A DNA stretch of 63,162 nt, filler included, from Collodictyon triciliatum (Eukaryota): assembly GCA_043381765.1 (NCBI GenBank). It is 3 parts of 3 records of this genome, joined end to end, with 100 filler letters (N's around TTAATTAATTAA, not from the genome) between each part and the next. Parts side by side here need not be neighbours in the genome. Positions count along the whole stretch, not along the records: positions 24,972 to 49,862 come from JBHJMP010001067.1; positions 49,963 to 63,162 come from JBHJMP010001095.1; 1 more part is not named here. One strand, written 5' to 3'. Under the pieces are notes generated by a model. It searched no databases. It was not told where the DNA came from and saw nothing but the letters and a program-made list of their open reading frames with translations. This document shows positions 43,127 through 56,528 of the stretch, piece by piece. The number at the start of each line of letters is the position of its first letter. The first letter of the stretch is position 1. The position numbers and the translations under genes are program-made.

Positions 43127-46117
43127 ATGAACGGCCCAGTCACAACACGCCAGCATGCATCCAACAGCGCAGAATCCCACCCGCGGGTCGCAGCCTTCGA
43201 GTATCCGCCGGCAGCGCACTGCAACCGCGCCTCATACTGCGGGCAGGTATATGCACGGATTTGCGTCCGTAGAAAAGAAAAGACAGAGAGTGCGCGCTTT
43301 TTGGAATAACTTCCTCATCTTTCTCCCTTTTGTATGGACTTTTCAAATGCGAAACACATCGCTCGTGTCAGCAAGCACAACTTGTGCAGGTCAAGGCAGA
43401 GCCTAATGTCCAGCCCAGCAGCGAAAGCAGACACCCCGCAGCTGGCTCGCTGCCCATCCCACATGGAGTCGGGACTTTGACATTTCGGGACGGCTCTGTG
43501 TATCGCGGGGATTTCCGGGATGGGCTGCGCTTTGGCAGTGGCATTCTGACAGGTCGTGATGGTGCCACATATTCTGGTGACTGGACAGATGACCGGCCGA
43601 ATGGGCGCGGGTCCAGCAGGAAAGTCTCGAGCAGAGGCTGCGGCTCTGCAGCTTCGTCTCGGGCTTCTCTGCGGTCTCGAGACTCGGGGTTTTCCGTTGC
43701 ATCTGTGCAAATCGGCCGCGATTCTGAGTCAGCCTCGGTGTATGAAGGGGAGATGCGTGATGGGCTGCGCCATGGTCGTGGTGTGCTGTTCTGGCCGCAG
43801 AAGAGTGCGTTCTATCGTGGGTCTTTCCGAGAGGATGTGATTTCTGGGTGTGGCTGGCAATCATTTTCAAATGGAGATTACTATGTTGGCTCCTGGGAAA
43901 ATGGCCAGCACTGCGGGTACGATGTGATGTAATGTGATGTAATGTGATTATATATTTTGATACAATCATGCATGACTCCTTTAGCTTTTACTATCATCTC
44001 TTAGGTATGGGTGTCAATATTGGCAGAATAAAGGATGTTGGTTCGAGGGACGCGTAGCCAAGAGTGATACATGTAATTTGCTGCCTTCATGTACACCGAA
44101 TTTACTTTACAAATTGTATATTATTTTCCTTACCTCCTACTTAAATATATCTATCATATTCCGTCAAACGTCCGAAGCAATTTAGGAATGAGCTAATGAT
44201 GAAGAACATATATAAATAATATACTCTATATTTTTACTGTAACTAGATTCAAACGATGTGAAAAAAATTGGTGTTTACTTTTGGAAGGTATTTGTCATGA
44301 TTGACTTGAAATCACCGTCGCGGGGTTCCTTTTTTTTTAAAAAAAAAACTATGATTGAATGAATAGGAACAGTTGTTCTCTTTTCGAAATTTTCAACCTT
44401 TTTTTCTCTGCTATATATAAGTAGAGACCACATGTAAAAGAGCCTCTGGGCTATACAACCCGCATGAAGGAAATAATGTCAGCTGATGCTTCTAGAGTTT
44501 TCCTTCATTCATTTGATAGAGGCCACCAAGATTCTTCTGTCATGACACCATATCTATCACCTCTTCAAGACAAAGACGAATTTCAACAATCGTATGAGCC
44601 GTTAAATTCCTTTGAAATCATTATAATGTTTATTCTCAGACTTTTTATCAATAGCCCTACTAATCTCCTCCTAATCTAGTTTATATATACCTATACATCC
44701 AAAATCGAATCATGACTCTGAGGTTAACGTGAAGAAAGTAATACTCGACCATCTAAGTAATTCTGAGTGCACATTCTTAAACATAAGAGATGGCTGCGAG
44801 CAAGTACTACCGACAATACCTTTTCTTTTCTTTCTTTTTTCACCAATATATCAATTTATAATTTTTTATGCAAACTTAATTTTGGCAGTCCTGTTTCTAT
44901 TTTTATACTCAATTGATAAAAATAATGTAGGGTTTGCTTTTCTGTTTATTTTTTCTCCTTTACATTGAATTTAACATTGAGTTGCGTAGGCTGTCCTGGA
45001 AGCTTCTGCTCCCAGCAATATCTCTGCCTTCGTTGATGCAGTTTACGATGCAAGAAAATCTGCTCTGGACGCTATCAGCGGAAATGAACTGGATAATCCG
45101 ATTAGCTTTGAGCGTAATCTGGAAATGACATATCAATCAATACAAGACGCCAATACGGCTGCTGACGAAGCAGAACACATTCGAGAGAGATATGAGCAAA
45201 TAGACGCAAGAAATTTCCTTTCCTTTCAAAAAAAAACTTGCTTTCTTTACACATTTTTGCACTGTTGTCTTTCCGTTTAAAACTAGCTCATGGATTTTTA
45301 CTGGTTATCTTTATACCAGTCCTTCATTGCTGATGCACACAAAATAAACGCAACCTGCAGGGAGAAGGCAGACTGCATTCTTTGAACAGTTTTCAGGACC
45401 GGCTTAAGGTGGTGTTCATCGTATCTTACAACTAGTATATATGAAGAACCTATAAATGATTCGCACCAACTAATGAATCCTTCATTTCGAATGCAACAGA
45501 CTGTTGAGTATCGTGACATGTCAGCCCGGGAGCTAAGAAAAGCATGCGATAAGGCAGGGATACTGTGGTACAGTCCATCACAGACTTCCAAACAACTTGC
45601 TCCATTCTCCCAACCCCTATCTGGGTTACATTCCTCACACACATCCAACAACGATATAGTTGGTTCACTGCATCCAGAAGGCATGATGGTAAACACATAC
45701 CTATTTTTTGGTGTTCGTAATTATTTATATTTTTATCTGTATATATGAAAGAAGAGACTGGAGGCCTGTCACTCCAAATTTTGATTGGCTATGTTTGCAA
45801 ACAACCTTGATGGCAGAGGCAATCACAGAAAGCCACACCCTAATAAGTACTACTAGACTGCAGAGTCCTCCCGAAAGGCGTCTGGGATTGAAATCTCCGT
45901 CTTGTTGGAGCGCAGCAAATTAATATCGCTTCTGGAGGAGTCCATTCGCCCACCACCCATCCGCATCGGCAACATCGGTGGTTTCGGGGCAGAACATGGT
46001 AAATCAGATGCTTCAAAGCAAGGTCTTGAGAGAACTCCATCAGCAGAGTCTGGACTGGCAAAAAGCACGTCGTCGAGTCGTAGCAGCGCTGCGACAAAGA
46101 AAAAACCGACCAAGTAA
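43127..46117 (+). CDS. MORN-repeat protein with C-terminal helical and SAP-like region
   Basis: YRGDFRDGLRFGSG, YSGDWTDDRPNGRG, YEGEMRDGLRHGRG, YVGSWENGQHCG repeats (43390-43916). Exons 44247-46117 can be joined in frame, but several junctions are uncertain. Confidence 0.7.
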
Positions 46118-46421
46118 CCAAAAAACAAAGACAAAAACAAAACAAAAATTGGGTTTCATTTCATTTGAGAGCTCATTTTCTCTTTCTTACTGCTTGGTCA
46201 TTCTTCAGGGCTGATATCCTTTTGCTTTTTTTCGAGGATTTATTTGCTGGAATCTTTTGCTTTTCTAGGAAAATATAAACACATTTTTTTCATTCTACTC
46301 GATATCTTTTTTACTTGGTATTTTTATGACTGCCTATACATATTGTTGGTGTTTGGTCAAATGTGATAGGTACAACAATTAGGTATGCGATTGCGTTTCA
46401 TTGTTTTCCTAATAAATGAAA

Positions 46422-49400
46422 TCAGATGGGTTTTGAATTTGGTTCCATCCTTTTTTTGTGGGGGTTGGAGGTAGATAAAGAAAAACATAGGCGAAAAATT
46501 GCATTCTCCTGTGCGGAAGAGCGTCATATGGAAATGAACCAATATAACAACATTATGGGATCATGATAAGAGTGTGTTTGTTGCAACTAACGAAATCAAA
46601 CGAACAGTTAACTGGTAATGGGTATGTGGCTGGAGTGAGCATCAGGCGATTCCTTGTTTCTAAATGGGTGTGAAGTATTACTTTTGTTAGACATTGGATT
46701 TTATTTTTGGGACATAATAAAAACCATACAATCTCCGAAATTATCATATGTTATGTCTATCTTAAATGATTCAAAACGATATTACATATGCAATAAATGT
46801 GATATAGGATTTTCCTGGTATTAAAAAAATTCACCAAAGCACGCTAACATAATGTAAACAAGATTATAATTCCTTTTAAAAGTTAGTGACAGGAACGCTG
46901 TTCTACCTTCTTCAGGGTGGCCTGGTCCACAAAACCGAGGATATTTCCCCACGTAATTGTTTGTGAAGTTCGGTGCAATCGTTTCATCAGCTCTTGTGTT
47001 TGATTTTGTTGCCTGATTTTCTGAGAAAAAAGTAAAGAGAATGTGGGTCAATAATAGGGGTAAGGATGCCTAAATCAACTTGCATACAAGGTGAAAGTAG
47101 AAAACAGTGTAATATCTGAGGATGGACACCCAACAAGACGAGACAAGGATAATGTAGATTATTTCAAAAGTGAAAAGAAAAAGAAAAAGAAAAAGAGACC
47201 ATTCAAGAAAAAAGAACCTTTTCAGCCTCCTTGATATCGTGGTTAACTGCTCCAGTGCGAAGAAAAGACAACAACGAAACGGTGAGAGGCGCCGGCGATT
47301 TTGGGTCCCTTTTATGTTGTATTTTGCCGAAAGAAATAAAGAACATGAGCTCTCTGAGGGAACGAAACATTTCTAAAGGTTGTAAATAGTGTGAAGACAT
47401 TACAGTTGGGTGAATTCCAGCGTTTGCTGCACAAATCGGGCTCTCTCAAACAGGTCCATAGATTCAACAGGGCGAATCGACATCATATCTGGATGTGCAT
47501 CGAAGTATCAACAAAATTAGGATATTTCAAACATCAAAGGGCCATCAATAAACAAATAATGCTGATCTCTGAAAAGCTTGCATCAGATAATAGCAAGGGT
47601 AGTGATACATATACACTCATCTTCCTACCTTCGATTCGACCTCCATGTGGCCCTGCACTTTCAGATAATGAAGAGCTACTATTCCTTCTGTTGGGTGTGC
47701 GCGTGTTTGACCGCATTCCTAGCGTGGGGGTCATGGATGGATGGTGAGATGATGCTTGGAATGGACTCGGGGCCACAGACTGGTTGCGGGAAATGGCTTG
47801 GAAGGGGCTCGGGCTCGATGACATGGAGGGTGTGCGCGCATTCTTCTGATTGGCAGCAAGCTCTGCCAAGTCCAATACAAGAGATGTTTTTGAGGATGTG
47901 ATATTGGACGCTGTATTCGCAAGACTTGGGAGGGGTTCGTTTTCAGAGAAGACCAATGGAGGAACAGCTGCGGTGATTGAACGAGCAAATGTTGTTATAT
48001 ATGTAATTTAAAAGGGAGTAATTTTGTCAACTGAAAAAATAATCAACCTTAACACAAGATGAAAGAGTGATTGTCTGCGAAAAAAAATAATTACGAAGAT
48101 AAGTATCGCCTTCGTCGTTTCCACGCTGAGTTTCAGGCACGGTGTCCTTCGGTTTAAGGTAACACCATGTAAGATTTAAATGAAAAATAGAATAACGATT
48201 CTCTATATATTGAATGCATTATATCAGACCTTGTGCAGAGTCTCAGAAAAATGTGGACTTTCTGGTTGTGCATCCAGGCTCGGTATGGCCTTGGAAAATA
48301 TTTCAAGCAGACTGTGGTTTGTTAATTCTCCCGTAAAGTATGTTGGAGACATCGGAGGCAGTTTGTTTTCTTCGTATGAGAAAAAGAGCAACAAAGAAAT
48401 ATGTGTAAGATAGTTTGTGCCTTTTTGTGAAAAAGAAAATTGAGAACGTATTCTCCTAGTATAATATGCAACGAAAACAAAATAAAAGTGCAAATATTTT
48501 TGTTGGATGTATTTTTGCTGTACGTTTCTTGATTGGAGACAGTTGGACCATCTTTGTCATTATTCCGAGTGAGTTGTTAGTTTGTTTCGGCTTTGGATCG
48601 GTAAGAGGACCGAAATCACTTTCTCCTTTGCCTGATGTTCAGATGTTATCGGGATGAACTTTGCAGCGACATTAACATATGGACATATAATGTGAACATT
48701 GCATATATAATCTTACCAGAAGTGGATTCCCCCTTCCACCAAGATGTATCATCATCTGCATTCTTTTCGTCTGGGATGATGCATAGAGCATTTTGTCCCA
48801 TTACGCGCCGAGGTGGAGGTGGCTCCATGATAGAAACAGACAAGTCTGTATTGGTTGTACAGATGAAAATGTCACATGATAAGCTGTTTTCGGCATTGGC
48901 TGGCTGAATTTAATTCGATGACAATAAATAAATATAAAGGCAATCAAAATGTAGATTTACTGTCGAGGGATTTTCTTCTGTATTTGGAGCCCTGTGATGG
49001 TGTTGGTGTCCCGCCTACTGAGGCTCGTGATTCTAGAGGGGCTCTTCATATGAAAGAAAAGGATATTGCAAGAAAATTGGAAAAAGTATTATCAATTAGA
49101 CAGATTACATTTGGAAACACATGAATTATTGGGGGTTTTTAAAAAAAAAATCAAAAAAAAAAAAAAACAAGAGAGAGTGGCATACGAAGTTGCCAGGTCT
49201 GCCACACTTGAGGTACTCAGTCGCTCTCTGGGGATGGAAGGAGACCTTTCCAGAAGAATGGGCTCGGGGTTGATAACTAATTGCTGTACAGGTGATTGAG
49301 GTGGTGGCTCGATTGTAGTCATCGATTTGAGCGGCACAACATATCGAGTCAACGATTTCTCCATGATTGTGTTTAATCGCTGCACCTCCATTTGGGCATT

Positions 49401-49962
49401 ATGAAGTGCCATCTGAATAATTCGCATGAGAGGAGGGAATCGATATTTTGTGCAATAATTTTAGAGGAGACACATAAAAGAATTATTAATCGATTAAAAC
49501 TAAATTAAATCAAATGATGAGCGATTTTCAGTACCTTGGCAGAAAGGAGCTCATTGTCTTTTTCGGTAATCATGACCTCTTTCTTTTTGTACAACTCTTC
49601 TTGTGTTTTTAATGTGTTCTCGAAATTTTCCAAAAGATTACGATAGTTTTCTATATTCTTCTTCAGTTGTGCATTCATACTTATCTGGTCTTGGTATCTC
49701 TATTATTTAAAGGCAAGGGCTTACTATTGGCCTAGCCACTTAATTACTCTAAATTGCTACTTTCCAAAGAAAAAGAAAAAGAAAAAGAAAAAGAAAAAGA
49801 AAAAGAAAAAGAAAAAGAAAAAGAAAAAGAAAAAGAAAAAGAAAAAGAAAAAGAAAAAGAAANNNNNNNNNNNNNNNNNNNNNNNNNNNNNNNNNNNNNN
49901 NNNNNNTTAATTAATTAANNNNNNNNNNNNNNNNNNNNNNNNNNNNNNNNNNNNNNNNNNNN

Positions 49963-50028
<66 letters not shown>

Positions 50029-50419
50029 GCACCGACGAGCACGATGAACAGCATTCAAGTGATTCCGCAATACGATCTTCTAGTGTCTGAGAATAGATCT
50101 GTGGAGTTAAAGGTTTGTCTCATTGATTTGGGTAGTAAAGCTTTCTCTGTTCTTTTTCCCTCTCTCTACCTCTCTCGTTATCTAATTGGCTCCTTGGGTG
50201 TCATGATTTTGGTTCAGAGAAGAATTATTTTGTGTTAAGGCTCGATGACCAAGTCGTTGATGCCAAACACGATTTGAGTTCATCAAAATCTGAAAATACC
50301 CTAACCAAACACATTAACATATGTGGTAAAATATCCTGATGCTATGATTTATAGCTCGCTTCCATTCTAATTTATTAAAAAAAAGATACTTTTTTATATT
50401 TCTTTCTCGCCATTCCCAT
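46422..50419 (-). CDS. Hypothetical protein: N-terminal coiled coil, long Ser/Pro-rich disordered region
   Basis: About 14 phase-compatible exons (e.g. QLKKNIENYRNLLENFENTLKTQEELY, RTPSMSSSPSPF). First and last exons tentative. Confidence 0.65.
49863..49962. other. Artificial 100-nt scaffold spacer
   Basis: 44 N + TTAATTAATTAA + 44 N. Confidence 0.95.
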
Positions 50420-50587
50420 GTGCTGTCTCTGTCTCTGTCTCATAGTATTACTGAAAAAGGCTTTGACTGATAGATACCCACTATAATTAACAGATGAGCG
50501 GCTGTCTTACTCACCACCTAAATATGTATAAAATAGGTCTATGAGGAACATGCCTACTTCGAGTCCAGCAAGCGCAGTCGCCGTCAG

Positions 50588-51262
50588 ATGAGGCGATGGA
50601 CTCGTTCTGAAGACGAATTGCTACGCAAGCTAGTCACCGATATGGAAAACGCAGCCATGACCTCACTAGGGGCAGAGCCCAGAAACGCACTGCAGCCAAG
50701 AAACCATGAAAAATCAGTTAATCCGTGGCCTGCTTCCCCAGATACAAAGGTTGCTGCAGACCTCAAAGAAATGAACCAAGAGCCCAGAGACCGCACCCTA
50801 TCTCGTTGGAAAGAGATTGCGACCCGGATGGGTGGGAAGCGCAGTGCCGACCAGTACTGCGAAAGATGGCATCGCTTCCTTCGCACGGATATTCGACGAG
50901 GTGAATGGACCGAGGATGAAGACCGCCACTTAGCCATGGTCATGCAAGCGTATGGCTCCAGAGGATGGAAGACGGTGGTGGCCCACATGAATGGGCGCAC
51001 AGAACGCCAGTGCCAGTTCAGATGGCATCAGATTCACAAGAAGCCACCTAGCATGACATTCCACAACCTGTTTGTTCATTCACACATACCAGCTCCGTCT
51101 AGCAATCCTGCATCGATGTTTATGCCGATATCCACAGAGAAATTTAACGGCCAGAACAAGTGCGTGCCACTTTCAGAACAGACCGTCAACAGTCCACCAA
51201 AGACTGATAGTCCAAATCTCGCTCCAGATTACCGCATGTCCATTAATTGGCTTCTCAACTAA
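50588..51262 (+). CDS. Two-repeat (R2R3-type) MYB transcription factor with intronless body
   Basis: WTRSEDELL...WKEIA...CERW and GEWTEDED...WKTV...GRTERQCQFRW; TATAAAAT at ~50527. The frame stays open upstream to an AG at 50536, so an extra 5' exon is possible. Confidence 0.9.
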   Translation: MRRWTRSEDELLRKLVTDMENAAMTSLGAEPRNALQPRNHEKSVNPWPASPDTKVAADLKEMNQEPRDRTLSRWKEIATRMGGKRSADQYCERWHRFLRTDIRRGEWTEDEDRHLAMVMQAYGSRGWKTVVAHMNGRTERQCQFRWHQIHKKPPSMTFHNLFVHSHIPAPSSNPASMFMPISTEKFNGQNKCVPLSEQTVNSPPKTDSPNLAPDYRMSINWLLN

Positions 51263-51889
51263 CAAATTATAATCTCCATTCACTCCACTCAACCAACGCA
51301 TTAAGCAAATACTACGTTTCTTTTTACATCATCCTACTTTTCCCATCTCTCTGAGTTTTTTTTTATCATTAGATATGAAGTCTTATATTTCATCATGATA
51401 ATGAATCATTAAAACAAATGAATTCAAAAATCCGTTTCTCATACCCTCCAACTATCTTTTCTTCTGTTTCGATTTCTTTCACATACTCGATTCAACCTCC
51501 TAGAGGTTTAGCATTTTGCTCCATCTATAGATTCAGACGGCCCCATATTGCTGCAGGGGCATTCCTGTTTCCACCCTGCAATAAATTCAAAATTCCATAT
51601 TTGATATATATACGGGAAATTTCCGCTGCTTGACACTTTGTAATTTATTCGATGAATTTTTGCTTTTTAGTATAATTTATAGCTTCGGCATCGATCAAAT
51701 CTTTTCTTATTATAGGCAATGCGTGAGAATGAAAATCAAAAGTTGGTTTCTCGCTTCGACATATAAACTTGACAGCTGCATACATCAAAAATAAATTAAT
51801 AATTTTTTTTTTTTTTAAAAAAAAATATGAACGAGAGGGAGAAACAGATTATTTTTTTTTATTTCTTGTGCTCGCAACATGGCCTGGCA

Positions 51890-51902
51890 TATATAAAAGC
51901 CT
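51890..51902 (+). promoter_or_regulatory. TATA box (TATATAAAAGCCT)
   Basis: Same 13-mer as 29408; lies upstream of the putative small gene at 52.7-53.1 kb. Confidence 0.4.
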
Positions 51903-52702
51903 TTTGAATTTTGAAGCTCGGGTTTTTAAGGAGACTTTTATTTTTGGTTCAAACTTGCGTCATCTTTACTGAATCATAATACTTCTTCCGCCAGAAAGAA
52001 GATAAGACGACCTTGGGATTATTTTTGGAGGCATAGATCAGCTGGTCTCTCATCAACCTTCATTTTTCCCCCCTCTCCTATCATGTATTCATCTGTCTCA
52101 GCATTGACAATGATTCTCAACGTGAATATCTGTTGTTCGAAAAGCAAAGATATGTGCTTTTTCTTTTCCCAGAGATGACACTACTGGACATAGTGAAAAA
52201 GCAAACCAATAGACAGACGCAAACGCGAGTGGCTTATTCCCCCAATCGAACCTAGAGTTATGGTGTTCTAGATGAGCAACTGCTTGAAATAAAATTGTTC
52301 ATCAAACAAACAAACAAACAAACAAACAAACAAACAAACAAACAAACAAACANNNNNNNNNNNNNNNNNNNNNNNNNNNNNNNNNNNNNNNNNNNNNNNN
52401 NNNNNNNNNNNNNNNNNNNNNNNNNNNNNNNNNNNNNNNNNNNNNNNNNNNNNNNNNNNNNNNNNNNNNNNNNNNNNNNNNNNNNNNNNNNNNNNNNNNA
52501 AACCACTGTTGTCAAAAGAAAAAAGAAAAGAAAAGTAAAGGTTGTGTTTTTGGACACCCTCCAAACAAACCAAAAAAAAAAAAAAAAACAAACACCAGGA
52601 TGAACCAATTTTAAGGCATAGAGACATCAACGAGTTCTTCTTTACTTCACACGTTCTATTATTCTATTATAAACAATCACTCATTCGCACAGCACCGAAA
52701 CC

Positions 52703-53107
52703 ATGGTCCAAGCAAACGAGACACAGGTGCAATCCCTCCCAAGCCATGAGCAAATGCATCCAAAGGTAAATAAATATTTATTTTCTCCACTTATTGTTAT
52801 CCAAGACATTGTATTTTCCCTCCTCTCTCTCTACTTTTTTTATTTATTTTTATTCTAGTTTGCTCCTCTCCAACTGACAGGCAATAAATCTCGCTCTGTC
52901 CCATCCCGTTCGAGGGTCAATGTCCTCATTAAACTGGCTCTATTGATGCCGTAGGTTCTTCGCAAAAACAAAGTCACTGTTCTTCCGAACATGTCAATGC
53001 CGTCAGCTCGTCGACTCTTTACAGAGCCCATCCAACAACCTACCTCACAAGAACAGACTGTGCGCATTCTTCATCCGCCCTCCATGTTCAAGCCAACAAG
53101 CCAGTAG
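52703..53107 (+). CDS. Possible small hypothetical protein (3' exons; 5' structure obscured by gap)
   Basis: MVQANETQ...HPK|FAPLQ...RSR|VLRKNK...SARRLF...TSQ*; requires a 39-nt intron (52916-52954). Confidence 0.35.
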
Positions 53108-53609
53108 CACGGATTCTGCGTTCGTGACCATTGTACAACGTGGCCAGCCTTTTTTCCCTATTCTGTTTCATTGATTGTTGTCTTTTCTTCTCCCGTCTGC
53201 TTGTCAGTCTAAGTTGTCGTCATGTAATTAGTGTCCTATGCTTGTTCTGTTGCTTCTTTTTCTTCTTTCGTTCATGCGCCAACTTCTCTACTATCCCGTG
53301 CCAGTACAGGCAGAATATTGAAATCACCACACAGTTATGTTCTTTTGCCAAAATAATTCGCACTTTTTCCGATTCTTTTCGTATCTTTCTGGCTTCCTTT
53401 TCAAAGCGCAGTGGCTTAACTCATCTTTAAATAAAACCAAAAAAAAAAAAAAAAGATATATTTTTTCGATAAAGTACGTTTGTTATTTTATTCCCTCGGC
53501 AAAAGTGTCAAGCAAATTACACACAAAATCGCAACAAAGTTCAGTTTTTTCTTTTTATAATTTTTTTTTTGTTGGTATTCTCGACGATTATCACGCTCAT
53601 CTTTGATGC

Positions 53610-56491
53610 TTAGTCGACATTGAGCATAGAAGATTTGGATGAGACTGTCAGGAGTGTGAGCTGGGTGAGGTGATGAGCGATGATGCATTTCTCATCTCTG
53701 CGCAGCATTATTGCGATTCGCGAGTTATAAGTAAGGTGGGGACTGGAAAGCAACATCTCTTCGTCCTGGCTGTTTGTGCTCGTGTATGAGTTCATCATAT
53801 CTGAAAAGCAGCAACAAAATAATTACTTATAACATACATATATGTCGCTTCATGAGGTCCTGCTATCTTAAAACAAAAACAAAAACAAAAACAAAAACAA
53901 AAACAAAAACAAAAACAAAAACAAAAACAAAAACAAAAACAAAAACAAAAACAAAAACAAAAACAAAAACGAAAAACAAAAACGAAAAACGAAAAAGAAT
54001 GAATAGAGGTAGACACAAACTGTTAAGAGCCCCGTGCTGATAGATTGCATAAAAACCTTCGAGTTTGAGACATGCACAGATTTGATGAATACACTAACCT
54101 TGAAGAGCCTGAACAAGTTGAGAAAGCACTTGAAATCGAAGCTCCGAGTCGTAACGAATAGTGGCAGCTAGTGATGAATTAAAACAGAAAATGGGATGAG
54201 TGTTTTATGATGCCATACAAAGTGACAGTCTGACATCGAATATATATAGTTTTTTTTAATATCATGACATGTCTATCAAAACAAAATCGTAAATATATAT
54301 ATATATATTGGATATTAAATTTAAGAGCACAAAAAAGAAAAAAATGCTAGCATTACTATCATCTGCTTTTACAGTGGTAATGCTATCTTCCACAGCTTTC
54401 AATAATTTGACATCATCACATCGTTGAACATATAGCATGGCTATTAATTTCTCTGGGACCTAGAGTTGCGCATTGTTCAACCATAAATTAGCAAACATCA
54501 CATAGTAGTTTTTTTTTCTCGCGTCGGTCATTAGTATTACAAAAAAAAAATTACAAAATTTCGTCTCGTATTTTCATGAAATGATACTCAGTGTTATATT
54601 CCAAATGAGGGGCTTACATCAGTTCTGTCAGACAAAGAAAAGGGGATTTTATCATCCAATCCAATCTTTTTAAGTATTGCTTGCTTTCGACTGTAGTTTT
54701 TAGCAGAGGGGTCCATTGTTGCCCAGATATCAACAGTGGTATAAGGGTTTAGTGCTGTAGCGAAGCCATACACTCGCACAAGCCTCCCATTTCCGATCGG
54801 ACCATAATTTGTGAATATCTGATATCAAAGAAGTTCAATTATGTCCATTCTCTGTCACACCAAAATCCTCAGACATAAGACAGCTCAGGATAAACTTAAA
54901 ACCTGTCTATACCTTAGAAATTATCTCAAATAATATAAACGAAGGCTAAGGCTTCAAAGCCAAAACATTTAATCCATCACAAACTGAAAAGGACACAATA
55001 GAAATAGAAGATTCTTATTGATATTTCGAGATTATGGTTTTCTATTTTTTACTTGCTCTCCTGCTTCAATGGATTGAGTTGCAACGACTCGCATGGTGCC
55101 TGATGCCTCGTCAAATGAGTGAGAACACTTTGCGCCAAAGCTATGATTTAGAAAGTCTGCAAAATATGAGAAAAAATCTACATAAAATAGTACAATTGCA
55201 CTGTTAACAGAACATATTACTTTATTAGAAATAATTATGTTTCGGTGAAAAATCCAACCTAAACAAGAGCCAAAGAATCAAATCGATTTGAACAAAAAAA
55301 AAAAAACAACTTAATTAGACTCTTTAGATGAAATGATTCATTTATTACTTGAGGCATACGAAGTAAGAAACAAATGAAAAGCAAGATTTTTTCCCCCTTT
55401 ATTCGATTCAAGGGAAGGAAGGTTGAATGAAAAGCAAGGATAAATGAAGCCTTGTCTGTACCTATTCCCGGGATAACGGCGCGAGTAGGCTCTCCAGCCA
55501 CCTTGATATCAAAGGCCCTCGTACATATGAGAGATATAGCCCAACGAAAATCATCCAAGGTGTAATCTGATTGTTTAAACATGCTCGGATACAATTGAAA
55601 GAGGAAATTATTGAATAACCTGCATCAATTTTTCAATTGAGTATAAGTAAAAAAAAAAAAAACACTTTTATTTAAACATAAACACACTTCATTAATCTCA
55701 CTTCCTTCGTTTTTCTTGTTTTATATTTTACTTTATCTATTTGTCCAGATTTATGCATGTTAATCGTACCACTATATGTGCTTGTTTATACCTCTGATAA
55801 TCTTCTATCAACTGGTCTTTCCACTTCCTTGCAAGAACTTCCACATTTGAGCCTTTTAGCAGGTCAATTTCTTCATCAGAGAAATACAACACATTATTGT
55901 ATGATGATGGGACCCATTTATAGTACTCTGTCCATTGTGTTGATTTTGCCCGACATTGGTTTCGAAGGTACATAAGGTATAATGCCATTATGGAGTCGTT
56001 CTCATTGAAACCGTGTTTTCCATACTTTGACAATGGTTTTTTTAGGGTTGAATTTCGAAGAGCATTCTTTACTGTGACGAACGAACCAACTGGCAGAGAG
56101 AGCACAACTTGTCCTATATATATTAAAAAAAAAAAGAAGCCTTTTGTTATTCAAATGCATAGGATATAGCGTACAATGCTTGGCTCTTTCGTTGTTACGA
56201 TTTTTTTTTAAATCGAATCAAGTCAGATTATGCCACATTCTCAAATCAATAAAAAAAAAAAAAAAAAGAAAGCATTCTTTTATATTGAAGACGGTTTTGA
56301 CTCTTAAGTGCTGGAAACAATATATCAAATCTTTTGGGATGTACTGTGCTAATATCACTCCGGATATGCATTTCTTTATATACATATTTTCCAGGTGTTT
56401 TTTCTTTTTTTTATTATTTGAAAAGAGCAAAGGAAAATATGAATTTTTTGTTTCTTTTTTTTTTTTTTAAAAAAAAAAAGAAAAATTTTAA

Positions 56492-56528
<37 letters not shown>

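Noticed and set aside
50541-50591. uORF overlapping the MYB start (ATGA)
   Set aside because: Its ATGs are probably upstream of a TATA-defined start site, or the region is part of a longer MYB exon; unresolved.
50183-52954. In-frame TAGs suggesting stop-codon reassignment
   Set aside because: No internal stops in thousands of conserved codons; PIP5K and ABCA terminate in TAG; both cases are explained by splicing.
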